In this document: piece after piece, positions 1 to 12,000 of the stretch | Layout: each line of letters begins with the position of its first letter | Position numbering within the stretch: the first letter of the stretch is position 1 | Notes under the pieces: model-generated | What the model was told of the DNA's origin: nothing | Seen by the model: only the letters and a program-made list of their open reading frames with translations | The model's database searches: none | Source: a virus | Lineage: Duplodnaviria > Caudoviricetes | DNA length: 25,728 nt | IMG/VR virus record: IMGVR_UViG_3300042143_000002 | Coordinates: 1 to 25,728 of that record | Strand: one strand, 5' to 3' | Translations under genes and position numbers: made by a program

Positions 1-3000
1 TGCCCCTTCTTTAACGACCCTTTCAAATCGCCGTCATTCCACCCTATCTCAACCATGTTCATCATGTAGTTGTGGGTGAACTTCTGGAAGGTGTAAGTCA
101 GCCGAAGCGGGTTCATCCGGCCCCTGGCCCATGCCGGAAGCGTCTCTTTCCCATAAACACCATGGGCACGGTCGCTAACCTCGTGCGCCTTGTCCATGGC
201 CGTCTCGAAGCTCATTCCAGGGTTCTTGGCCATAATCGCCTTATAAGCGGCAAATATTGTCGTTGCCCTGTTCACCTTCTCGACTGCGCCAAACATGAAC
301 ATCCCATACTCAACGATATATTTATTCCACATCTCGCCGCCCTTGCTTCTCAGGACGCTTGCCGCCTCGCTGTTGTACTGCGCCTCGTCCCAGCCACTGT
401 CAACGATATACTGAAACGCTTTCCGATCTTCCGCGCGCAGGTCGGTGTCGCCAGACATCCAATCCCTTGTCTCCTTGCGGTATTTACCATAGGCCACTGC
501 CGCATTCGTTATCCTGCCCATGGCCTGAGTAATTGACTCCCCAGTAAGCCCTGAGATCGTACCAGGGACACCTGTAACCATGTTGCTGAGGTTGACAGCC
601 GCCGATGACACCCTGAATCCCAAAAATTTCAAGACCGCCAACCCTTGCAGTGTCCCCATTATCCGGTCAACATGTTCGCTGTTACGAAGCACGTCAATCA
701 TAAAAGCCCTGCCGTCTCGGTAAGCGTTCTTCTGCTTTCCTGAATGGACACGCCGGTCATCTATTATCTCCATGTATTCCGTAAACGACGGGCGTTCGCC
801 TTCTTCTGCCTTCTGTGCCTTATAGTCCTGCCAAGAGAAGTCGCGTCCGGTGAAGGCGTTGAGCATGGCCTTTGAGGTGTCACGCTTGGCAAGGCCAGCC
901 GCCGTGTCTCGCGCTGATTGCACAACCGCCTTCAACATATCAGTCTCGTACCCTTCCCAGACGGTATCACCAGCAAGACGTTTCATCCTGGAGGACAATG
1001 CGCCACGGCCCTTGAAGATGTCGGCAATCTGCATGGTCAAAAGCGCGTCAACATGAAGAGCCGCCTTCACCTCATCGCTATCGTTCTTGTTGATCTTTGA
1101 AAGGTTGTCGGCAATGATAGCGTCAATCGAGGCGATCAGCTTGGAAGCGTCAAAGATATCATCAACAGGGGAATCATCTTTCTTGAACTCCACCGTATAT
1201 CCCTGCGCCTTCAGTTCCTGAATCCTTTTTGCCGCGTTGGGGAACACCTTCCCTACCCACGCCATTGTCCAGTTGGCAGCCGTGCCCTTACTCCCCCATT
1301 CAGCCCCTGCAACCGGCAAGTCGAAATGCTCACGCCGTGGATTCATGCCGTGCTTTTTGGCGATAAGCACATACTCCCCTGCGTTTCTGATACGCGGGAA
1401 GTAAGACCCGCGCAGGTCGCCCATCTGAGCTATGGCCTGTGAAAGCGTCAAGGGTCTCATTTCCCCATCGGTGCGCTTCTTGACTGTCAGCGTCCCGAAT
1501 CGCTTCTGGCCTTTTACTTTCCCGCCATGCTTTGCCGCCCATTTCTTCGCCTTCTGTTCACTGGTGAACTCTCGGAACACATCATCACCAATGGCACCAA
1601 TTCCCTTCTGGGCCTTCTTGCTCTTGCTGACCGCCATATAAGAAATCATCTTAGCCGTTCGATCAAGGGACTCGTCCGCCTCCTTTTGAGTGGCAAACAA
1701 GGCGATAGGCTTTTTCTTGCCGTCAGCGTACACCCCATACCTACCAGCCTCATCAATAGCCCCGTCACCGATAAAAGGGTCAGGAAGGCCGTTTGCTTTA
1801 TACTCTGCCTGAATCCGGCGCATATCAGCCGCGCGCATATCAAACTCGGCGTTCAAGACCTGCCGTGCTAAGAGAACCGCCTTTGCCGCGTTTGCCGAAT
1901 AGCCCTCTTTAAGTAGCCGGTCATGCTCGGCTTGCATCATGGCGTTCTTCGCGTCCATCTCTTCCTCAAAGATCCCGATAACGTCCTTCTCGGGATTGTA
2001 AACCTGCCAGCTATCGGCAACCTGTTTCATCCTGAAAGCATATCCAGTCTGGTCGGTGTCCACTAAATAATCATTGGCATCGGTATAAGATTCCGCATCG
2101 GTCTCTTTCAACCCTTCGGAGAATTTTATAAACTCCTCACCAAGGATTTGACGCTCGTAATTAAAGCGCAGGTCACGACGGCCAAGGGCCGCTTTCATCA
2201 TCCGTCCTAACGCCGCAACCTTTTTGAAATAGTATTCAGGGGATTGGAAAACCCTACTCCAGACACTTGTATCAATCGTGTCAGAATCGGTGTAAATCAC
2301 GGAATATTTATCAAGGAAGCCTTTGACTTCACCTTGGATTGATTCGAGAGATGCGGGATGGCCGGACGCTATGGAGTAACGGTAATCTTTGGTCTTGCCG
2401 AAGGTTGTGTTGTCTGTGGTCTTGATCTGGTTGGCATCGGCGATGATGATAAACTCGCCTGAGTCTGTGTAGTGGATGGAATCATAGCCTTTCAAAACCA
2501 TCTTCTCAGCCCATGCCCGTGCGTCGGCTTTTGATGTCCATTCCGATCTTGCACGGGCAAACTCTGTGCCCTGCTCCCTTGTGTCAACTTCAAGCGTTTT
2601 GTTGACGCGGACATAAAACTCTTCGATCTTCCCTACAAGCCGCTTATACGGGACTGCGTTCATTTCAACAGGAGTCATAAAAAAACCAAGCCCTGCTTGG
2701 TAAGACCCAGACCCTTTTACTATTTTATTAAATGAGATATGAAACGTCCCTGGGTCTGTACCAAGCGTCGTTGAACCGTGATAGAAGACCTGCCTGTTTC
2801 CTTTCTCGTCAAGAACTATGTGGCTTTTTCCAGAGACTTCAAATACCTTTCGTGTGCCATCGTGCATGTGTTGTGCGCGGCTCTCAAGGATTGGACTGTC
2901 ACCCCAGGCGGAAATTGCAGCATCCAAATCTCGTCCAGTAAGCCCTCTGCTCGACAACCTTGTTCCCATCTGTGCTGTGTCTCGTCCGGCCTCTCGTCCG

Positions 3001-6000
3001 CCAAGGCTGGATGATTTGCTCCGTACTTCCGCACCGCTTCCGCGCGCTTCTCGCATATCGCCTTGACCTCTTCCTTTGGCATTCCCGACCAACAGTCTTC
3101 CCATGCTTCCATCGTTAGATACTTCTCTACCGACACCCCGCAACCCTGGCTTATCTGTTCTATACTCGTTCCCCTGTGTTGTGGTGTCATTTCCGCCCAA
3201 CGCTCTTCCATCGTTCTCATTTCGTCCACCTCGTATCGCTTGTACCGCCAGAGCGTTAAAGTCTGCCACGTTGAAGATTTTGGGGCTGACCCCCATCTTG
3301 ACAAGAGCCGCCTTGACCCTGGCTATAGCAAGGCGAATAACCCCTAATGTATTATCGCCTTTCTCAACAAGATAAGCAAGTATCTCTTCATTATAATATT
3401 GCTGGTTCGTGTTCTGTGGAATCCTTGCCATTGCGGACTTGATAGCCTTAGCCGTTGCGCTTGTCCCTTTTGCCCGTTCCTGCAATGAGTTCAATATCCG
3501 CTGAAATGCCTTGTCACCTATGAGCAACTTTCTGGCGTGGACTCCGACTTCGTGCTTGAGAACGCTCCAGACGTTGCCGTCCTGGATGTTCCCCTCTACA
3601 AGATAGACATGGCCGTCCTCGTCAGTGAACCCTTGCACCTTGTCAATATCCACTGATTTCTTGAGGCCCATCCCTGCGGCCTGCTCGCGGCTAACAATCT
3701 CAACGGCCCCAGATTCGAGCAAGCCAGGGGCAATCTCGTTCAGTTCGGCCTTGATGTCCGCAGGGGTGAAGTCGGCATTCTCTCCCCGAACAGAAAGCTT
3801 TGCTTCATCCTCCGCTCGTTTTGCGAGAGTCTCCTCTACCTCGGTCATCCTTGCTATCTTCTCTTGCAGCTCAGCCTCTTTCGGGAAAGGGGCATTTGCC
3901 GATTCACGCAAAGAGTCGATGTTCTTATTGGCCCTTGCAAGATCAACCTCTAACATGCTTTTTTTTGCGTTAAACCGAGTCGTGGAGGTGCCTTTCTCAA
4001 TATCTGAGAACAGCTTGGACACATTAACACCAAGCACCTTCCCGTCTTTTGCTGCCGTCAGGGTGTGTTGGAAAAAACCGATTTCATCCTTCTGCCCGTC
4101 TTTCCCCTTAATATATGACTCGCCAGAAAGGTCTATAGTCCCGTCGTCGTTACGCTCGGCGGTTATCTCTGTCTCAATCCCGTTGCGTTCCAGAACCCCC
4201 AACTTGATTTCAACATCGACTCTGCGGTCGCTGGTCAACTTAGCGGCAATGTCGCGGTTCACATCAATCCGGCGAGTGTACTCCTTCCCGCCCATCCTTG
4301 CAGAGAACACGGCAGGGAAGTCACCCAGGGCTGCGTCAACATACTCTTCGGCCTTGTCGTAGTTGGTAAACTCCTTCCCGTCTATCGTTGCCCTGAATTT
4401 ACCAAGTGACTTGCCGTCTTCGTCCTTCTCCGGCCTCAGTGCCTCCAATTTCGTCAATGCCCTGTATCTGTCACTGAAGACGAACTTCTCTCCGTCTATC
4501 TCTACGATCCTTGCATTTACAGCATCATTTGATGCCGCCTCACCATCTTCTATCGTCCCAATGGTAGCCTCAAGCTCCGCTATCTTCTTTGGGTTGTCGC
4601 CAATAGCCTTCTCCGCATTGCTTAGGCTGCGCCCATTCGCGTAACCCTGGTTTCGGTGCGCTCGCTTTAGCCGATTGAGTTTATCAATGCGGGATGAGAG
4701 TTCTACCAGTTCCAGCCGTAACGGTTCGCCCGACGCAATGGCCGCAATCTCAGCAAGGCCCAGCATATCAGCATCGTCAAACTCCATCGAAAACTCACCG
4801 TTGTATTTCCTGATTCCGTTTATCATCTTGAGCTTGGTCGCATTTAAGGCCCAAAGCTTCTGGTCAACGGTCGTCTCGGTGACATAGGCAATGATCTCAA
4901 CCTTGAACTTATCGTGCCCATATTTTTTATAAAGCTCGTTCCCTTGCCGGATGATACGCCCCTCCCGTTGCTCAATGTCTGAAGGCTTCCAGGTAACGTC
5001 AACATGATGCAGGGCAACAAGACGCTCTTGTACATTTGTCCCCGCGCCCATTCTTGGAGTAGAGCCAATCAGCACCCGCACCTGTCCACTATTCACCTGC
5101 TCAAACAGTTGCGCCTTCTGAAGGTCGGTGTTCGCTTCGTGGATAAACCGGATTTCATCGGCGGGAATCCCACTGGCAATGAGGTTGTCTTTTATCTGCT
5201 GATAAGCGTTCCAGTTGGCCGTAATCGAACGCCTGACCGCTTCCATCTCCTGGCTGTTGTACTTGTCAAGCCTGTCCTGAACCGTCCTGAGCTTGTCGCT
5301 ATCTCCAGCGTTATATGCGGTATTGCTCTGTGCAAGCAGGTCGTCGTACCTCCGCAATTCGTCAGCGTCACGCTTGGACGCTTTCGGTGTCGATCTATCC
5401 AGGAAGACAAGTTGAGTCCCCTTGTCCTTGTCCCACTTCTTGTAAATCCTTGTCGCCTCTTCTGCCACTCGTTGCAGTTTTCCGCCTTCCTCCGTTGAGT
5501 CGGTCTGGCTATTGACTTCCCTGGCATCAAGTGACACCTCTCGCGCTCGGTTCATGAGCCTTAACCGCTCCGCTGCTCGCTCAATGGGGTTCTCGATATT
5601 GTTAAGCTCGTTGAACCCATCAACGATCTCTCCGATCAACGCCTCTTGCGCCGGTGTCGGCTTGACGCTGATGACCGTCCTTGTGCCACCTTCAAGCTCA
5701 GGGAGGGGGAACTTCTGGCCGGGGTTGTCCTGCTCAAACCATTCCTTGATGTCCTCGTTAGTTACACTGTCGGCGAATTGATGGTAAGCGTCGATGAGCG
5801 AGCGCATGTTGACCCAATCACGGCCAAGCCGCGTGACTTCCTTCAGGCCCCTGCCGCTCTCTGTCGGCTCGTAGGCCGTCGCAACTGAGGCATATTGGTT
5901 TTGCCATGCGTCGAAATGTTCAAGGCCAAGGTCTCTCAGGTTGTCCAGGCCAAGATACCGCTGCAAGATATACATCTCTACCGCGCTATTGCTGATCGGT

Positions 6001-9000
6001 GTACCCGTAAGAAACGCTATAGAGCCACGGGCTGATTCACGCAATGTCCGTATCTTGTTCCATAGGTCATACGCCTTGCCAGAGCCTTCCTTGGGATTCA
6101 TCCCCCTGACATTCTGGTTGCTATGGTAGAAAAGATTTTTGAAAGAGTGAGCCTCGTCAATGGTCAAGTCATCAATGCCCATCTGCTCAAATGTTAGAAG
6201 ACGATCTTTCTTGCCGCCCGCCTCCCTGAGTCTTCCCAGTCTCACTGTCAGCTTGTCCAGCATAGATTCTGCCGCCTTGACGGTCGGTGACTTAAACCTT
6301 GACCCAGGGTTCTCCGCATCTTGCTGCTCTTGCGCTTCTTTCAATGCCTCTTCTGCCTGCGCGATCTCTTCGACAAGATAGCGGGTCTCGGTCTCAGGTG
6401 AGATGCCGATAAAACCAAAGGAAGACTCAGGAACGATAACAATGTCCCAATCGCCGGTTGCAATCTTGGCAAACAGCCGCCGCCGTTTCGACTTCTGGAG
6501 GTCTTTCTTGGTCGCCGCAAGTACCTTTGCCCCAGGATAGAGCCGATACACATCCGCCGCCCATTGCTCGACCAGGTGATTAGGGACGACAATCATCGGC
6601 TTTCTTGAAAGTCCCATGCGCCGACGTTCCATTGCACGGGCAATCCCGACTATCGTCTTTCCCGCACCTACCGCATGGTCGTAAAGAACAAACCTGTCTG
6701 TTATCCCCCGCCATACCCCGTTTTTCTGATGCCGTCGCAACTCAATTACCTCGTCAGGCACTTTACCAGGGAGTGTTAAGTGTGACCCGTCACGCTGCCG
6801 CAAGACGACATTGTTGTATTTCTTGTTGAACAGGTCTGTCAATGCTTCCCGCCTGTCGCCGTCCTTGAATACCCAATCGGCAAACTCTTCTTTAATCTCT
6901 TCCGCCTTGGCATTTGCAAGCTCTGTCGCAGCCTGATCGACATGGTATGTCCCGTCCTTGTCTTTCCATCCGATCTTGATAGTATTTTTGTTCAGGATGG
7001 CGGTTAAAAGTTCGAGGGGAGTCTTCTTTTCTGTTCCCCATTTTCCACCAATCTGCGAGTCCCCGTAAACAGCGTAAGCATTCGGCCCCTTGCTGTATTG
7101 GACAGTGGCTTTATCCACTCCAATGTGCTGAGCGAAGTCGCTATATACCTTCTCGGATATCCAGTTTGCGCCAAGGGTAGCCGTGACATTCTCCGGCCCC
7201 CATGGTTCAGGCTGCACCGACTCAAGGGCGGAAATGTTCTTTTTCACACCCGCTTCCTTGGCCGCTTCGAGCTTTCTTCCTACATTGCCGGAAAGGTACT
7301 CGTCCGCCGTCACCCATGCGCCCGTCTCAACATCATGGTAAATAAGCGGCTTGTCCATTGAAGTGTGGAGCTTGTCAATTACCCCCTGCTCGTCGGTTTC
7401 GAGTAGCTCGGCAATGCGCCCCATCTCAACAACGCCTGACTCAGAAAGGGTGATTGCCAGTGCGTCATGGGGATTGTCTGCTTTATCTTGTGGCGTGTAT
7501 GGGTAGATAACCCGCTTCTCAAGAATAGTGGAGAGCTGCGCCGTGGCGGCTCTCGGCTCCGCGCCGGTCTTGCTGGCTACCAGCTTCGACACTGACTTTT
7601 TGTACTTATTCTCAAGGGCGTAGAGCAACGGAGCATCTGGCATCCCGTCTATGACCGTGACGGTCGCACTGTCATTCATGAATCCGTGCGCTCTCCTAAA
7701 CCCGTCATATAACGACTTGAGGTGTTTCCTATTTGCCTCTATTTCTTTCGCTGACGACTGGCCGTCCATCTCCATTGCAATCTGTTTCTTCAGTGCGTCA
7801 AGCACAGCGACGGCATCTTTGAGCCTGACAAACTTATCCTCTGACAAGCGCATAGAAGCAGGGATGTCGTTCTCAGACTGGAACACCTCTTTCGTCTTCG
7901 CGTTTTCCCTGCCGTTCTTGATCTTATTGCCTGCCTCGTCAACAAGATCAACCTCTCTAAACCACTTGCCGTTTTTATCCTGGCTGAGGCTCTCTGACCA
8001 TGCGACACCTGGCTTTATTTCCCTAATCCCAAGGCCGTGTGAACCGCCTTCAAGCTCTTTATCGTAAACCTCTGTCAGCCGTCCATCCGAAGAAAGAGAA
8101 ATGATCCCATCCTCACTCCCTGCCATGGCGACTTTGACCGCCGAAACCATGTTGTCGTAGTGCTTCTTCGCCTCTTGCGGTGCTGCTGGTTTTGCTGGCA
8201 CTATGTTCTCGGGCAAGACCTCCTTGATCTTATCACTCAGAAGCCCCTGAATATCTGCGCCCTTTTCGACGTGAACGGTAATGTCCTTGCCAAACCTCAT
8301 TGAACCCGTTCTGTCAATGGTGCCAATGATATTATTCGGATTGTCGGCAAAGTACCGGCTAATATTCATTGGCTCCCCGCCTTCGGGGTCAGGGATTGAT
8401 TGTGTCCCCGTCCAAGATGCGTCCCCTCGCATTCCGTCCGGCTGCGACCCGACCCCTGCGGTTTCGGATTTTTCTGCTGGCTGTTTCTTCTGGAAAAAAA
8501 CAATGTCGGTGACAACATCCGTCCTTGCGTTCTCCTTAAAAACGGTGTCAGGAAGGCGGATTGCCCCTATAAGGTCGGCTTTCTCGGCAATCGCCTTTCT
8601 TGCTGTATCGTCTTTTGCGTCGAGGAAATACCGTGAAACGACAAACGCCTGAATGCCGCCTGGCTTGAGCGCGTCAATCCCTGCCAGCATGAACTGATTA
8701 TGGACTGAGAACCTGTTGAATTGTGGCGAGTAGGGGAAGGAAAGGCTGTCCTGGCCGAAAGGAGGATTGCCGATAACAAGGTCAAATGAGTTTCCAGGAA
8801 GCGGAACTTTCTCGAAACCGGAATGGAGTACCGATGCTTGCGGGTAAAGCAGTGTCGCTATTCGTGCGGTGATTGGGTCATATTCAACGCCCATGAAATT
8901 GAGCGCAGTGTCTTGTGGGGCAAGTCCAAGGAAGTTCCCTGTCCCCATTGACGGTTCAAGGACGGTGCCGCCAGTGAATCCAAGTCGTTTAACTCCTTCC

Positions 9001-12000
9001 CATATTCCACGGACAACGGCCTGGCTTGTGTAGTGTGCCGCCTTGGTGCTGTTCCTTGCAACCTTGAGTTCGTCAGCGGTGAGAAGAGCCTCTACTTCAT
9101 CTACACGGGCTTGCCAGCCATCTGCGACCCCTTTGGTAAGCCTGTTCCTGAATGCGTTGGCAAGTCCGCCCCATCCAACATATCGGGCAAGTACCCGCTG
9201 TTCCTCTGGAGTAGCGCGTCTTCCGTCGGCCTCGATCTGCTTTAGGGCCTTGATTGCCGCGATATTATCCTTGAACTTGACACCTTCGCTGCCTTTGCCA
9301 AGCTCAAGATCATCAGTGATAGCAAAGTTTGTAGCAGGGATTCTTGCAGGAGTCTCTGCTAATCCTCGTCCCGCTCCATCGCTTCTACCACTGCTTTCTC
9401 CGGCTTCAGATAGATGTACCTTCTTAGCACCTCGGCCTCGGCTTCGTGTGGGGCTATTCCGTTGTTTATCATGTCCCTCATCTCCCGACCGGCCTTTGTC
9501 CCCACCTTCATTGCTTTTGCCCTCAGCGTGTCCGGTGACAGGCTCTTGAACTGTGTCGGTCGCCATTCCTCCAGATGCTTCATGTAAGCGTCCCTGAATT
9601 TCCTTGGGGTCATTGTCAGATAAAAGCTCATTTTTGTCCTCCGTTGTTGGTTGGCCTTCAATTCTATTATCGGTCGTTTCCTGGGTAGAGTCAAGGGTGG
9701 CATTGATGTTTTTGACACCATCCATTTCGTTTATGAGGATAGCATTTAACTCAGCAGCGACCTCGCTGGATGGGGTCATCCCCTTTGTGTCGAGTCCAGG
9801 GTAAAGCCGCAAATTCTCGTAAACACCTGGTAGATACCTCGCAAACTCCTTTCCGATACCATCAATAACCGATGTCGCCCATGTAGAAAAATTTCTTGCG
9901 CCATGCTCGAAATATGCCCCGCCGACGATAAAAACATCTTGCAGCATCTCTGGGTCAAATCCAGACCTCAGCGTGGCTCGCTTCTCCTTTAGCCTTTTCA
10001 TAGCCGCTTCTACCGCTGAAGCTTTGAACAGCTTGTTGCCTGAAAAGTCTATGCCCGTGCTTGCTTCTCCCTGCCCTGCTTGCTCCTCACCTCTCGACGG
10101 CGGCGTTTCAGTGTTTGTGCTTTCCCCCTGCTTCTCAGCCTTCTTCGCCATCCCATCAGACAGACTATTCATCAAGTCCATGACCGTGCCACGCTGCCCA
10201 CCTGGAGCATACTCTTTATCGGCATAGGCTCGCAGTTCGTCCATTGCGGGTACTGGTCGGCCAGCGGCCTTGAGACGGTCGGCCTGGGCCTGGTATGTCT
10301 TGGTGATAGTCTTGTGGAGGTGGGTAAGGGCTGGGTCTTGGGTTGCCGCGCCGTCTGAGAGATCAGCCCCCGTCGGTTGGCCGGGGCGCGCTTCATCCTT
10401 TTTCGAGGCGATAGGCGTGGGCGGAATCTCGCTTGCTTGCTCTTGACTCCCCTTTGCTACATCTTCGCCGCCTAACTGTGCGGATTCGTTCTCGGTATTT
10501 GCTTGATCGGTGTTTGCTGTTGCTGAAACTTCAACCGTCCACATTGTTTTTTTAAGATGTCCGGTTCCTTTCTCTATCGCTTCGGATATTGAAGGCCACT
10601 TCCCAATTGTCCCACCACCCCACGGGCCTCCCCCCCCTGAGACATAGCCTTCCCCAAGGCGTATAGCATAACCGTCTTGATATGGAACGACAGTAGCCGT
10701 ATGTTTTTTCTTACCGCCAACTGTTTCCGTTTTGGAAACAGTTGGGGCAAGGCCGTGTTCGGCCAATACTTCAACCGGAACTTGCTTGCCTTCCGCTTGG
10801 GCTTTCTTCACCGACTCAATGTGTTGCGCCCCTGCATCAATAACGAGCTTATTGTAATCATACCCCCTTACCTTTGCCGATTCTGGGTTGCTTATTGAGT
10901 GCGCGATATATTCATCCCGCGTCATCTGCCAAATCTCTTTTGGCATAGCCGCTGCTTTGTCCCCAGCAACATCTGGTGGCTGCTGGGCTTCTGTCGGCTT
11001 ATTTGTGACGGGGCTTGTCGGTGCTGCGTTACCTGCGTCACCGGCTTTCATTTTCGCCTGTGCGTAGGCTTCGGCCTGTGTCCGGCCTCTCCCTCTATAA
11101 ATAGGAGTTGCCCCAGTCGCCCCCTCTCGCTTTATCGTTGCAATGGCACGTCCTTGTTTGTCTTGCTGCATAATGACTACGTGCCCTTCAATGCCAGGAG
11201 CAGGGTACTCTTTCCCTAAATGCTCAACGTCGGTAAACGTGGTTGGCGTTACGGTTCCAACGCTTGGGCGATCTTCCTTAATGCTCTCTGCAACATTCGC
11301 CGCAGCATTCCCTTTCACTGAATGCTCATTCTCAGCAAGCTGGCCCTGCGCTTGGCGGCCTGCCTCGCCAAATGCCGCCTGAACCGCCTCCGCGTCTTTT
11401 TCCTTAAATACCCACCCGTCCTTGCTGAACAACACCGGCTTCAACCCGGCATCCTGCGCTTGGGCCTTAGTTGCTTCTTTGTCGCCTGCAACCCGCACCA
11501 TCCCGCTTTTCAGGGTGGTAATAGAAAGAGGCGCTTCTGGGTTGTACCCCTCATAAGCCGCCCGCGCCGCCTCTTCTGCCGTGGACGGCCGACCTGTGGC
11601 ATTCCGCTGGAGCGTGTCGGCGTTCTGCAACTCCCGATATGCGTTTCCACGACCTGCCGCAAACGCCATGTCTTCAACCGTCTGCCCTTGGTCTTCGTCG
11701 TAAATCTTCCACGGGTCAGCGCCAATTCCACTATCCGTAGGCCCTGCCTGGTCAGGCTGAACCGTCGCCTGAATGCCACCCTCGGCAACAGCCTTTCCGA
11801 TTGGCCCGGTCGGTGCCGCTTGTTGCGACGATTGCCTTGAACCCATAAAGGAGTCAAATGATTCGTAAGGTTGTGTCGTCAACTCCTGTTCCGCTTGGTC
11901 GCTATTCCGGCGGACAGGCAATCCATTTTTTACATCCTGTTCAGCTCCGGCCCTCCAAGCGTCAGCGTCCAAGATGCCATTCTTCAGCGCATCCTGGTGA

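Noticed and set aside
10630-10637. G8 homopolymer in the giant gene (also A8 at 3959-3966) as a phase-variation or frameshift site
   Set aside because: The frame is intact, the tract is short and encodes Gly-Gly-Gly in a linker, and there is no evidence of slippage without read data.
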